Positions 11,912 to 23,423 of a stretch of 64,000 nucleotides of DNA are shown here, one piece after another. This DNA comes from Fistulifera solaris. Its lineage: Eukaryota. A model generated the notes under the pieces. It searched no databases. It was not told the origin of the DNA and worked only from the letters and a program-made list of their open reading frames with translations. The DNA is taken from positions 124,001-188,000 of the forward strand of contig AP026137.1 in NCBI GenBank assembly GCA_030295235.1, written 5' to 3'. The translations under genes were made by a program, and so were the position numbers. Position 1 is the first letter of the stretch. Each line of letters opens with the position of its first letter.

Positions 11912-12351
11912 TCTATTTAATGAGCAATGGGTTCATTCAATTATTCATAAAAATATGAAGAAAATAAGCTCGTTTTCGCTCGACGCTCGAAGACGATCGC
12001 GACGCCACGGGAAAAATCAACCATGAATCACGAGTAATCACGAGTGATACATCATATAGCGACTTGCTTTCAATCATGAGCCACGGGCGAAACCCTCTTT
12101 ACGACTTACGACCCATTGGGCCTGCTATGCGCGAACCGGAGGTGAAATTCATCCGCGTCAACTGGTCAATGAGGATATATGAGGCAAGGCATCCAATATC
12201 CAATCGTTATCAAACACGACAATGCAAAAGAAGCGTAATAACATTGATATGAAGTATTTTTATGATTACCTAGTTCTTTTACTTTTTCGTGACACTTTCT
12301 TGAAACATGCTGCTTACCACGCAGCAACCTTTCCTCCTACTTCGTATTCCC

Positions 12352-12840
12352 TTAGATAAACTGGACATGGCAAGTAGACCCGGCAAGGGCGGTTTTGCAT
12401 CCTGCGGTCAAGAATCTGTTGCGGGTCGAAATCAACACAATGTTGTCTTGGCACATTTGTAACATTTCGGCACCGAGCTGGGTGGTGTCCAACTTGCGCG
12501 AATCATCGTTTTGACGAAGCTGGCGACGGAAGCCGCAGTTGAACATCGTGTTGCAGTAGGATCGGCTGTAATTTTGACGGCACCAATCGCAGGTCCCGTT
12601 CAACTTGCGTCGGGCGGGGTCGGTAGTACTGAACTCCCACTCAGCCGGGTCGAAGTTGTTCGAGATGAGAGCCATGTCGAGGTCAGGAATCATTTTGCTG
12701 TCAATGTAGGAAAATTCCGCCTCAGTGCAAGCATTTTCCCCCGCGTTCTCGTTGACGTAATAGACGGCGACTTCGGGGGCCGGAAGCTGCGCAGTGACAG
12801 AGGCGGCAGTGGCGAGCAAAGCGATGAGAGTGAACTTCAT
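12352..12840 (-). CDS. Small secreted Cys-containing protein of unknown function, 162 aa
   Basis: Strong signal peptide MKFTLIALLATAASVTA, coding-like composition, and a CDWC-x8-C-x4-C segment flanked by RRKL and RRQLR. Confidence 0.8.
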   Translation of the reverse strand: MKFTLIALLATAASVTAQLPAPEVAVYYVNENAGENACTEAEFSYIDSKMIPDLDMALISNNFDPAEWEFSTTDPARRKLNGTCDWCRQNYSRSYCNTMFNCGFRRQLRQNDDSRKLDTTQLGAEMLQMCQDNIVLISTRNRFLTAGCKTALAGSTCHVQFI

Positions 12841-13398
12841 GGTGGACTGATTGTTTTTCTTTCAACGTGCTCGAGACGAGATTTGATTTTATGAAGGAAC
12901 AATCTAAGCGGGGAAAGAAGAATTCGGCCGGAAAGATCGCATGTATGTCAACGGAGAAAGTTTACTTGCCCAGCACGCAGGAAAAGTCTGTAGAGTGTTC
13001 CATACTCAAATCAAGAATTCTAAGATTAAAGATTTCTTGAAAGGAACGAAGTTCTTTTAAGTGTTTCGGACGTCGTTGCCACGAGGATCCTTTGTTCTGT
13101 ACTAAATCATATGAGAACTCCAGTACCGGCTATTTAATCAACCGATAACCGAAAACCGATCAACCAGAGGTACAAAATTACAACATACAAAGACCGAAGT
13201 CGTATTTCGTACTTCGAGACTTCTGGCTTCTGGCTCCCGGTAATAAAGAGTCACAAGATTCAAAATCAACGAAGGACGAAGAGTAAGGATTAAAGACTAG
13301 CGAACTTTATTAACAAGACATAGGACTGTGTCTCTTAGGGACGCTGTGACTTGTGACCAGTTACCAGTTTAGGTCAAAAATCTTATAGACGCGTTTAG

Positions 13399-13427
13399 CG
13401 AACACCGAACACCGAACACGAACACCG
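13399..13427. repeat. Heptamer tandem repeat (CGAACAC)x~4
   Basis: CGAACAC CGAACAC CGAACAC GAACAC CG, in an intergenic region between divergent genes. Confidence 0.8.
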
Positions 13428-13896
13428 TGCCATACTACATACAACGCACAACTTACAATCATAAATAATCCTAACCAGAAACTGCTTGCTGCTTGGTTAA
13501 CAATATCGCTCTTCTGTTTTTCGTTGTTTTGAGTTTTGAGATGTTCTCTAACGAATAAAAACAAAAACACGAGTAGAACAGAGTGTTAAGTAGTAGAGAA
13601 GCGAAATCGAGAAGGGATAGAAGATAGAAGAGGCTGATACTCAGTATGTTAGAAAACAGTACGTCGTCAGGGATCGAAAATCCCGATACCGGTATTTGAA
13701 TATTTGAGAACCCAAGGGATACATTAGAAACAAGCTAGAATGCCGTGATTAGGGCCTTGTTGCAGTCAACGTTTCATGTACTCCCGATGTAGAAAACGGC
13801 GTGGTTTGTTATCGTTTGACGAGCGAGCGCGAACTGTGGAGCGGACTAAGTTCGCCTTCGAAGTGATCACATCGCACAAATCGAAATGGATGAAGC

Positions 13897-15042
13897 ATGA
13901 AGCAACATGAAGAACGACTTCAAACGCAGCAGGTCGATGTTAAAAAGCTAGTAGCTGTGAGAGAAGAACGCTTAGCTGCTGGTCAATGTCCAACATGTGG
14001 TCAGCAGCTTTATACATTTAAAGCAGGAAGCATCTGTTGTTGCATTGTCAGCGCAAACCTACGGAAGATTCCTTTGACGGTTCCGAACCTGGTTGAAAGA
14101 GGACAGTGCTGTCGTTGTGAACTTCATAATTCATCCAAATCCTTACAAACTCTGGAGGTATCCAGTTGTTGGAGCGAGAATGGAATAACAGGATCCCCCT
14201 TTGGTAGCTTGCTCGACCCAGTCGCAAACCATGACATGGTAAGAGAAGCGGGACATGATTTAAAACTTTCATTGAAGGAGAAACCGAGCACCGGCAGCCG
14301 TACCGGATCTCCCGCTTCCGTACCTGGTGACACGGGCTCAATGAAGACGGCGGTTTATGAAGGCGGCTACAACGGCAAAGGGGAAAAGCACGGCGAGGGT
14401 GTCATGACATGGAGCAATGGCGATGTCTTCAAAGGTACCTTCGTCAATGACAAGCGATGCGGCCATGGTACCATCGAGTTTAGCGGTGCCAATCAAGATG
14501 GTGGCGAGTACGTCGGAGAATGGCGCGACGACAAGATGCATGGCGATGGGACACGTCGGTATCCCAACGGAGACATGTACGTTGGAAACTTCGACGAAGG
14601 GAAGCGCGAGGGGGAAGGACGCTTTTACTTCAGCAACGGTGACATGTACTTTGGCGAATGGAAGAACAACCAGATGCACGGTTCGGGTCACTACTACTTC
14701 TCCTCCGGTACCCGCTTTGAAGGAATGTTTCTTTTTAACAAGAGAAACGGAAAGGGGAAAACACAGAGCGACTCTGGTAATCTTGATATCTTTCAATACA
14801 TCAACGACGAGCGCGTGGGTCAGGGAGTCCGATTTGATGCCAAGAGGACGCGAGCCTGGAGGCTCGTTCCTCGACCTGATGGTGCAATCCGGCAAATTGG
14901 TTCCGCACCTCTCGATCGGCATCGCATTACAATGTCCGAGGCTGTCAGTCTTGTTTATGAAATCGAAAATGCATCCAATTCGTACATTGAGGACCTTCTT
15001 GCCAGTCGAGGGGTGAATACACGTAATTTTACTAGTTCATAA
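13897..15042 (+). CDS. MORN-repeat protein with an N-terminal Cys-rich (zinc-finger-like) segment
   Basis: About 6 MORN repeats (YEGGY..KHGEGVMTWSNGDVFKGTF, YVGEWRDDKMHGDG, YVGNFDEGKREGEG). The N-terminus has GQCPTCG...GQCCRC. Confidence 0.9.
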   Translation: MKQHEERLQTQQVDVKKLVAVREERLAAGQCPTCGQQLYTFKAGSICCCIVSANLRKIPLTVPNLVERGQCCRCELHNSSKSLQTLEVSSCWSENGITGSPFGSLLDPVANHDMVREAGHDLKLSLKEKPSTGSRTGSPASVPGDTGSMKTAVYEGGYNGKGEKHGEGVMTWSNGDVFKGTFVNDKRCGHGTIEFSGANQDGGEYVGEWRDDKMHGDGTRRYPNGDMYVGNFDEGKREGEGRFYFSNGDMYFGEWKNNQMHGSGHYYFSSGTRFEGMFLFNKRNGKGKTQSDSGNLDIFQYINDERVGQGVRFDAKRTRAWRLVPRPDGAIRQIGSAPLDRHRITMSEAVSLVYEIENASNSYIEDLLASRGVNTRNFTSS

Positions 15043-15231
15043 TCGTATACCACCTGCTTTCTCGCTATAGCTCGGAGACCTTTCACCATAATCTGACATC
15101 CCAGACCTCCTGTTTTCTAAGTCTTATGGTAACCGGGGTTCTGCGTCTTTTCACGGGTTTTTTCTCCTTTCTTTTGTCGACTGTATAGCGACCCGATCGT
15201 ATGCTACTTTGTATCAAAAGAGGCGCGTCCC

Positions 15232-16914
15232 TTATCGAAACCGCCAAGCTCTTTGTGAAGTGAAGCACCAAGCTACAAGAAAGACTCGACCTGTATAGTC
15301 CGCCTTATTGTAAAATCTATTTAGCGCGTACAGCCCATCGATGTTCGATCTGTCTATACATTTTCTACCGGATTTGTCCAGCACCACAACATTCCGGTTG
15401 CGAGAAAGCAAGTGCTGTAGCCAAGAGCGATGAAAGTCGTACCGATGAACGATCTCTCCTTCCTCTTCAACCAAGTAATCCTCAAACGAATCGTCCACAG
15501 GAGTAAAGGATTGCAAAACCAACGTATGAAGAAACTGGTGTGCTTCTATTGCTTCGAAAACTCCTTGCACATAGGGTCCCCAACATAAACAGCATTGGGT
15601 TTCGCTCAAGTCTAAACACTTTAGTTAAGAATCGCACGGATCAATGCATCTGCGATCGGAGCCACATCATCCAAATCAAATAGTTCGTCTTCATCAACGC
15701 ACTCAATGCGCAAACACAGTCTTCAATATGTCCTAAAGTAGCCACTCAATTCAAAAACGCAGTGAGAAGTGTGATTCGCTCGTCGTCTATTCCCATTACG
15801 TGCACAGTGAGGTCTCTTGCCGGAATTTGTAAAGAAGAGAAATCTTCTGGCTCAATGCACCACGAGCAAAATTGGTACTTCAAGACGTGTACCTTGGCGG
15901 AGAAAGGAAAATAGAGTGCACCCGCTCTTTGGTGAACTGATCTCCAACTTTTCAATTACGTTCTCGAGGTTTAAAAGACGTCTCAAATTAGTGCTGCTCA
16001 AACACATCCTCGTAGCACCACAAAAAAACATCGACAAAAGCTTCTCCGTCGTCAAGAAATATAGAATACTAAGACAACTGCATAGATGCTTTCATCCAAC
16101 CTCGTTACGAGCCACTTTTTGGGTATCGTGTGACGGCGAATCCGTCCATTTACGCTTTAAACCAGCAAAGGGAAGCATGACACAATCTTTCGGCAATTCG
16201 GAAAAGCTCAGCTTGTCGAAGACTCTCAACTGAAACAGTCGCTGGAGTTGTTTGTCATCAAATGGCAACATGCGACTGTCGGCAAATTGAACACTCAACG
16301 ACACCGAGGACGAAATGCGCTTTTTCAAGGCATTCACCAACTTGGCTCCATTACTGCGCATGCCAAACTGTCCACCCAATTTCAACTGTAAGTAGTGATA
16401 CAGTCCCGACACGAGTGCCGTACACTGCTGGAAACGCCAATATCCTGTATTCATTTCCAAGGCGCGCTGCGGATTCGAGTTGACAATTTGTCGGAGTTGC
16501 CAAGTTTCGAAGAACGCAAAATCAAAGCGATTTATGACCCCGCAGTTCCAAAATACTCGGTTCTTCCGCGGAATGTTTCAAGGACCAGAACCAGATGGCC
16601 GTTTGAGCAATTTGTGCAATGCGTTCTCCATAAATGATGCCCTTCAAGTGCAATTTTCCGACCTTTAACAGAAACAACAGTCCGCGTGACGGCGTGCGTG
16701 TAAACATACAAAACTCGCCAAAGCTCAAAATTGTAAAGTTCCGTCCGCCAAAAGGTCGCATATTGGTATTTCTTCCAGTCAATGTCTTCCAACCGCGTCG
16801 ATTTACGCACAAATTGATACAGAGGAACGGGTTCTCCGTCCGGATTCGTTGCTGTCGCGATGACAACTGGGGAATGAGTTGTACGAGCGACTGATTCTCA
16901 ATTAGATCTCCCAT
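15232..16914 (-). pseudogene. LLSRNRNI family copy 7, multiply disrupted
   Basis: MGDLIENQSLVQLIP, LEDIDWKKY, IAQTAIWFWSLKH, FPFSAKV and WLQHLLSRNRNVVVLD..IDGLYALNRFY lie across many frames. Confidence 0.75.
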
Positions 16915-17359
16915 AATGTTCGTTTTTGTAGTAACTCGAAGGAAATAGGGAATGGGTGAGAGAGTTGTTTGAAAGAAGTAATTGTGATAGAGGTCTCAAA
17001 GATCAACGAAACAATGACAAAAGAATGACAAAAGACAAAACACGATAAATTCTCAAGCCTGCGGTAGGCAGCTACAAGAGATCTCGTACGATCTTGAGAC
17101 CTCGTCATCGTTTACTGTACGCAGTAGCTCGACCCTCTGCATTGGAGATGCCGGCGGCGGCGGACCGGACGAGCGAGACGATCACTGCCTCGTCTTCCCT
17201 TCGCATCGGTACCGCAATCTAGGTACGCAGGGCTGAAACACTACTAGTAGCGACATCACTGTTTGAAATTGTAATGTTACCTTTAACATACACGACTTTA
17301 CATGCAACGAAACAGAATAACCCGATTTATTTCTCACTGTGGGCGACTTTCTTGTCCCT

Positions 17360-17560
17360 ATGGGACGATGGAGGAGGAACTTTGTCGCTTTCCGTTTCAA
17401 GCTAGTTGTGTCCTCGGATTGGTTAGCTGCTTCGTTTATGACTACTTCGGCAACATCCTCCATTAATTTCACATCATTGATAAACTCACACAGTGTATCT
17501 GCGTGGTCTCACAAAGCGAGCAGCGCGGTATTAGTGAAAATTTTTCGCGACGCTCTTTTA
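17360..17560 (-). pseudogene. C-terminal relic of an LLSRNRNI family copy
   Basis: The minus strand reads ..TALL..DHADTLCEFINDV..LKRKA, matching the family end (TALLLS.HTD.LCE plus basic tail). Boundaries are approximate. Confidence 0.45.
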
Positions 17561-17665
17561 GTCGGCTGCTTCGTCGTTTGGAATGGGAACTCGCCCCCAA
17601 AGTTCCATTCGAACCGATAAGACCTTGTCATTCCAATTTCCGACTTCCGCTGCGAATAAAACTAA

Positions 17666-19177
17666 TCAGAGTAGTTCAGTCACGAGTTCGCACAAGAGAT
17701 CAGTGTGATGCGATAGCAATACGCCGGTGGCCCGAAACCTTCCCGAGGTACTTTGAACCAATGCCGTGATCACCAAGTGAAATCGTGAATCTGGCACTAA
17801 TGTGTCGGTGATTAACTGGAGTGATCCTACGTAGCAGGCATTCAGCCGGTACAGCTCGTCAATGGTTGTACCGTTGGTGATTCTTTTACCTTGAAAGTTA
17901 AAAATCTTGATGTAACGATTGCGCGAGAGTAAACGCTCCAATGCTGCGTAGCCCAGTGCACCCGAATATTTGAACCCATCGTCTTCGGATTCATCCTTGC
18001 AGCCTTCAATTAGCACTTCATGGAGACTGGGATGATCTTCCATGGCTTCAAAAATTTGGGGCAAGTGTGGTTCATCATCCACGCACCAGAGAATGTCGCT
18101 GACATCCAAATGTTGCAAATTCGGATTGCCCTTAATGAGACAGATCAAGGCTTGTGCCAACGAAGCGGTGTCAAATTCATTCCGCTCGGGTTCTTCGCTC
18201 GATCGCCAGTCCATGTACTTGAGAGAAAGACTGAGTCTTTCCATATGACCCAACTCGGCCACCCGGTGAAAGAACGCTACGACCAACTCGTCCCAGTTGT
18301 CGACCCAATCGAGGAATAATGTCAAATCCAGTGTTTTAGCTCTAATGTTTATCTCCTTGAAATCCTCGGGTTCTACATCCTGTGCATCCATCTTGTATTC
18401 CAGGTAGTCCGTTTTGGCGGAAAATGCCAGTAAAACTAATTCTTCATCTTCCAACCGGTCCATTCGAAGCCAGTCGAACTTATTATTCTCCAGCTCGAAA
18501 AGACGTTTCAAATTCTCCTTACTAAACGGCGTATCCTTGTTATCGAAATCGATGCACAAGGAACGAAAGGGCGACGATCGTCCTTGCAGCGCATCGACAA
18601 AGGCACTCCCATTATCGGCCCACGCAAACACGTTACTGAGTCGCAAACTTAAGGGTCGTGTGGCGAGGACCGCCGCTTGCACATCGGACCACGTACCCGT
18701 TTGTAGATCCACATGTCGTTCTGGATTGCTCTCCAAGATCTGCAGCAACTGTTCGATCTCAAATACGGTGACAGGGAATTTCCGCCGGCCATGTATCCGC
18801 AATACACAAAGTTCGGTTTCCACAGGATGTTTCAAAGACCAAAAGAATGTCGCAGTTGCGGCGATGGCGGCATCATTCTCGCCATAAATACCGCAACTCA
18901 GTTGCAACTCTTCGTCATATGCATTGTCATAGAGCGAAAACAGCACACCGTGCGGCTCATACTCTTCATAAAAACAATGCCCGATACAAATGACCGTACC
19001 ATTGTCCCGCCAAATTGTACAATTGCGATGATTGTCCCAACCGAAGTCGTACAACTGCGTCGGTTCGCCGGAAAGTAGGCGATAAAGCGGCGAAAACGTG
19101 CCAAACATGCGCGGGCGGAGTCGCTTTTGCTCTGTCGAGAGTTCTTTTTCCGGAATGAGTTGTAGCAATGATTCCAT
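17666..19177 (-). CDS. LLSRNRNI family member, intact 503 aa
   Basis: Uninterrupted ORF with all family motifs and the subfamily signature DILWCVDDEPHLPQIFEAMEDHP. Confidence 0.85.
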   Translation of the reverse strand: MESLLQLIPEKELSTEQKRLRPRMFGTFSPLYRLLSGEPTQLYDFGWDNHRNCTIWRDNGTVICIGHCFYEEYEPHGVLFSLYDNAYDEELQLSCGIYGENDAAIAATATFFWSLKHPVETELCVLRIHGRRKFPVTVFEIEQLLQILESNPERHVDLQTGTWSDVQAAVLATRPLSLRLSNVFAWADNGSAFVDALQGRSSPFRSLCIDFDNKDTPFSKENLKRLFELENNKFDWLRMDRLEDEELVLLAFSAKTDYLEYKMDAQDVEPEDFKEINIRAKTLDLTLFLDWVDNWDELVVAFFHRVAELGHMERLSLSLKYMDWRSSEEPERNEFDTASLAQALICLIKGNPNLQHLDVSDILWCVDDEPHLPQIFEAMEDHPSLHEVLIEGCKDESEDDGFKYSGALGYAALERLLSRNRYIKIFNFQGKRITNGTTIDELYRLNACYVGSLQLITDTLVPDSRFHLVITALVQSTSGRFRATGVLLSHHTDLLCELVTELL

Positions 19178-19494
19178 TTGTTGTCTTTTCTTCTTTTAAT
19201 GTCTGGTTCGTAAGAATGTATTAGAATACAATATAGGCAAAGAGGTCGATGAAAATGAAAGCGATGAAGAAAGAGGGCAAACACGAAATAATATGTAGTA
19301 TTTGAGAACAACTAAAGTCGCAGAATAACAAAAATTTTCCTGCTCGTACTGTAGGGTCTTCTTGTACCGTACCGTTCAGTACCGAATCGAGGTTGCAACG
19401 TGCAGTGTCCGTTAAAATATCGTACCGGTACCTTTATACTCCAGGTTAGTATACCGGTAAGATATGAAGCAATTTTCGCGACGCGATCAACACA

Positions 19495-20378
19495 TTGGGA
19501 GAAAACGGTGTGATGTTGCTGCCATTTTCCGCTAAAGTGAACTGCTTGGAGTATTATGAACTGGTGGCACGCAAAATAAAACCCGAAGATTTCGATTCGA
19601 TCGAGATTGGGGCCAGAACTCTCTATTTAACGCTCTATCTAGATTGGGTAGAAGACGGTAAGTGGTACGGGTATGTGATATCCTTGTTCAATCGGGTAGT
19701 ACAGTTGGGTTACTTCGAGAGACTCAGTCTTTTCTTGCGATACTCGGACTGGATGTCAAGACTTTATTCTGACTCGGACGCGGAAATCTCGTCGATTGCC
19801 GATGCATTGATCCGTCTCATTCAGGGCAATCCGAATCTGACGCATTTAAATGTGGATGATACTCTGTGGTGTGTGGATGACGAACCGCATTTGTCGCGCA
19901 TTTTTAAGGCCATGGAAGACCACCCGAGTCTTCGCATCGTAATTATTGAAGGCTGGAAAAGGAGTCAAAAGATGACGGAGTAAAATACTCGAGTCATCTG
20001 GACTATGATGCCCTTTGGCTGTTGCTCTCTCGCAACCGAAAGATTGCGGTGCTGGACTATAGTGGCAAACGGATTTCGGACGGTGCTCGCATTGACAGGT
20101 TGTACGAACTGTATTGCTTTGGCGACCATTCGTTCAACTTGGTGAAAGAGTGTAGCTCGTTGAGACCGGAGTTGGTAACGTCGGCCTTATTCGGAAGCGC
20201 ATCGGGAAAATTTCCGCATACGGCAGTGTTATTGGCTCATCATCTGGATGTACTATGCGAGCTGGCGGCGGGCATTGATTTGGATAGTATTATTACAGCG
20301 TCTCACGCGGATCGCCCGAAACGCAGAGCGAGGAGGGGTCGTCCGCTGGTCGCGAAACGAGTGGCGCGACGAAGATAA
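19495..20378 (+). pseudogene. 5'-truncated LLSRNRNI family copy (C-terminal half only)
   Basis: Homology begins mid-protein (LLPFSAKV). There is one frameshift at an A-run near 19957-19960. It carries the same LWCVDDEPHL signature and a basic tail. Confidence 0.7.
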
Positions 20379-20658
20379 TGAGACAACACTGCTCATTCTT
20401 TTATGTCTCTATAATATGGTCAATTTATTGCAGTTGAGAACTTTGGCATTTTTTACAAAGTATAGTGTGCATGAATGCATGACCCCGTTTCTCGTCTCGG
20501 TACCGGTACGAGATGAAGATTTTCGGAATATTTGCAAAACACACGCGATGACGCTCGCAGCAGCGTGCGCAATGGAAAAAAAAATAGCAGTGAAAAGGCC
20601 TTTGATAAAAACGATCATAATAAAAACTATTATTACTACATCAAAGGACAACAAACGG

Positions 20659-22177
20659 ATGAAACCTGTATTCAAACAAATTCCCGAAAAGAAATTGACG
20701 GCCCAGCAAGAGAGGCTAATGGCCCCCCTCATAGGACTCCCCCCTGTTTCGCTGCCGACAAGAACCCACTGATTTGAAAGAGCTCTTCGATAACAATATT
20801 CCTTTGTCGATTTGGCGTGACAATGGAACTGTGATATTTATCAATGCTTGGTATTCGAAGCGTTCCGTGTTACGGTGCTTGTCGTTTGATTATCGTGACG
20901 ATAAGGACGACGACGAGGGGGACCCTGTTTGCCTGTGCGGCCACATTGTTGGAGATACCGACGAAGCCATTGCCGAGACAGCGACCTTTTTCTGGTCTCT
21001 ACAGCATCCTGCTACAATCCTGTGACTATATATGACGACCAACTTTGACATGGCATCTTTCCGACCCGAACAACTGGCGCGGATCCTCGACAATCAACGG
21101 AACCTTGACCTGCAAAAGGGTAGTTGGAGTATAGAACAAGCTGTCGTTCTCGCTACGAGACCCTATCCCTTGCATTTAAGACTGGGTATGGATATGGAGT
21201 TTTCCAGTGACGGCGGGGCGGCCTTGGTGGAGGCTCTGCAAGCACGAACCTCGACCTTTGGCTACTTGCATATTGAAACAGATGCCTACGGCAGACCACC
21301 TTTGAGTCAACAGAATATAAAGCGACTGCTGCAACTCGATGGCAAGATTGAGAGACTCCGGATTAGTTCTTTGAAAGAAAAAGAAATTCTGCTGCTTCCA
21401 TTATCCGCCAAAGTCGACTGTTTGGAATATGAGCTGGAAGTTAAAAAAATTCAGGAGGATGCGTTTGATACTCTCGACATTTCCGCAAAAGAGATTTTGC
21501 TAACTTTTTTCCTGGATTGGTTTTTAGAAGACGGTAGCTGGTACGGTTATGTGATATCGTTCTTTGACCGGTTGGCTCAATTAGGTCATGTCGAGAGCTT
21601 GACTCTCTCACTGGATTGTTTGGACCCAACGACAGGGTGTTTCCTGGACTCGAACCAGGAAATCTCGTTAATAGCCGATGCTGTGATTCGTTTTATCCAG
21701 GGAAACCATCGTTTAATGCATTTTTGTTTCAGCGACATACTGTGGTGTGTGAATGACGAACCGCACTTGCCTCGAATCTTCGAAGCCATGGAAGACCACC
21801 CGAATCTTCGCACAGTCATGATTGAAGGCTGCAAAGATAAATCAGAAGACGATGGGGCAAAATACTCGAATCATTTGGACTATGATGCCCTTCGGCAATT
21901 GTTGTCACGCAACCGAATTATTGAAGTTCTTTACTCTAACGGCGAACGAATTTCAGACGGTGCTAGCATTGACAAGTTGTACGAATTGAATCGTTACTAC
22001 AATCATTCGTCAAGCTTGGTGACTGAAAATACCAAAACGCGGTCGCAGTTAGTGTCGATAGCGTTGATCGAAAGGGCGTCTGGGACGTTTCCGCACACGG
22101 CGGTGTTAGTGGCACATCACCTGGACTCAATTTGCGAGCTCATACGGGCTGTCCATCTCGACCATATCAATTATTAG
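20659..22177 (+). pseudogene. LLSRNRNI family copy, full length, with one homopolymer frameshift and one in-frame TGA
   Basis: ATG 20659 (MKPVFKQIPEKKLT). Removing one C from C6 at 20739-20744 restores PLFRCRQEPTDL. The TGA at 21023-21025 is in frame with the downstream 381-aa ORF. Confidence 0.7.
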
Positions 22178-22329
22178 CTTGACGAGGATCGCTTGAATCG
22201 TAAAATGAGAAGAAGTCAGCCCTCATGCGTCGCGAAGCTAAGAGACGAGAAGCTCATCGTGTTATCTACATGTGTATATCTATGCGAATTCGAAGGCTAA
22301 TTACCATACGAATTGGGTCTCTATCTTTA

Positions 22330-22520
22330 ACACAATGGACACGAGAGCAAGGGAAGAGCCGGAATAGGATGTTTTTGATTCAACAGCTTTGGTCCAAGGG
22401 AGACATTGAGTGATGCGTATGTAACGTTTCTTATTAGCCCAATATCTTTGAAGCCATGGACGGTCGCCCAAATCTATCCGTACTTTTCTATTGACGCATT
22501 AAACTACGACCTTATTAGGG
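22330..22520 (+). pseudogene. Short relic of the LLSRNRNI family
   Basis: AATATCTTTGAAGCCATGGACGGTCGCCCAAATCTA at 22441 encodes NIFEAMDGRPNL, compared with IFEAMEDHPNL in intact copies. Boundaries are approximate. Confidence 0.4.
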
Positions 22521-23174
22521 CTGTGTAGAGTACAGATCACAAACTTCTTTTTTAGGCTCCAGAACACGCGGAATCACGTTATGTCACCGTATCCAAGTTT
22601 TACCTGTTCAAAGGAATGCTGAAAAGGGAGCCAGAGATGAAGCTCGAGCTGAGCCCACGCCATCACCCTTCCGTTTATGCTGATACAGAATGATATCCAT
22701 TTTCAAGGATGAAGAAGCGTCGATGGCCAACGCACCCGATACATTACCATTTGCTGGGTAAGTGCAAGTCACGATTCCGTGTGTTTGTTAGGATGATTCG
22801 TTGGTGAGTAGCTTTTCTCTAAACAAAGAATGTACGATACCGGGGCGATCTTTTCAAGCGCCGGAAGGAAGAGTCGGCAGAAGCACAATGATTCTATGGC
22901 TACAAAAGACTCCTATTCATGGAGTACACGTAAACTATTTATTATTTCTTGCAAGGCAAAGTAGTGAGTCATTCATGAATTGGTGCGCAACGTTCTCTTG
23001 TCACACATTTGCGTACTCATCCAATACATGCATCTATGAAATCGAAACCCTAGTCTCGGAACCGCATCGTGTGACCTTGAACCGAATCGTACGAGGGTGA
23101 TCCTCGTCAGTCTCCCCGGTAGCAGCGAAAGATGTCACTCGCCATTTCATATACATCCCTCCTTCGGTATTCGT

Positions 23175-23423
23175 TCATGACGACGACTCGACAGAAGACG
23201 AGGATGCATCGGATGGAGTTCTTCGTCGCTCACGACGTGACACCGACTTTTCTTCTTCTTCTTCTTCTTCAAACAGGAACATGCAAGGTGTCGGATAATA
23301 GTCAATATCCAGTCGTCGTTTCGTCTCGGATCGTGAAACGGCATGACACGACGAACGTTCCTTTAAGTCCAACACGACAAAGGATCGCGCGCAGGATCGG
23401 TGCGAAGCGTCTTTGGTAGGCAT
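23175..23423 (-). CDS. Possible small hypothetical protein (82 aa, poly-Glu/Ser)
   Basis: The ATG follows a CA-rich leader (..CACTACACAATG) like those of other genes here. No recognisable domain. Confidence 0.3.
   Translation of the reverse strand: MPTKDASHRSCARSFVVLDLKERSSCHAVSRSETKRRLDIDYYPTPCMFLFEEEEEEEKSVSRRERRRTPSDASSSSVESSS

Noticed and set aside
21023..21025. TGA as selenocysteine or readthrough codon
   Set aside because: Some paralogs have Arg at about this position (LRI), so a CGA>TGA transition or base error is more likely. No SECIS evidence was seen.
22600..23100. Possible small spliced gene (GTAAGT donor near 22758)
   Set aside because: I could not build a coherent ORF or acceptor site, and there is no recognisable product.
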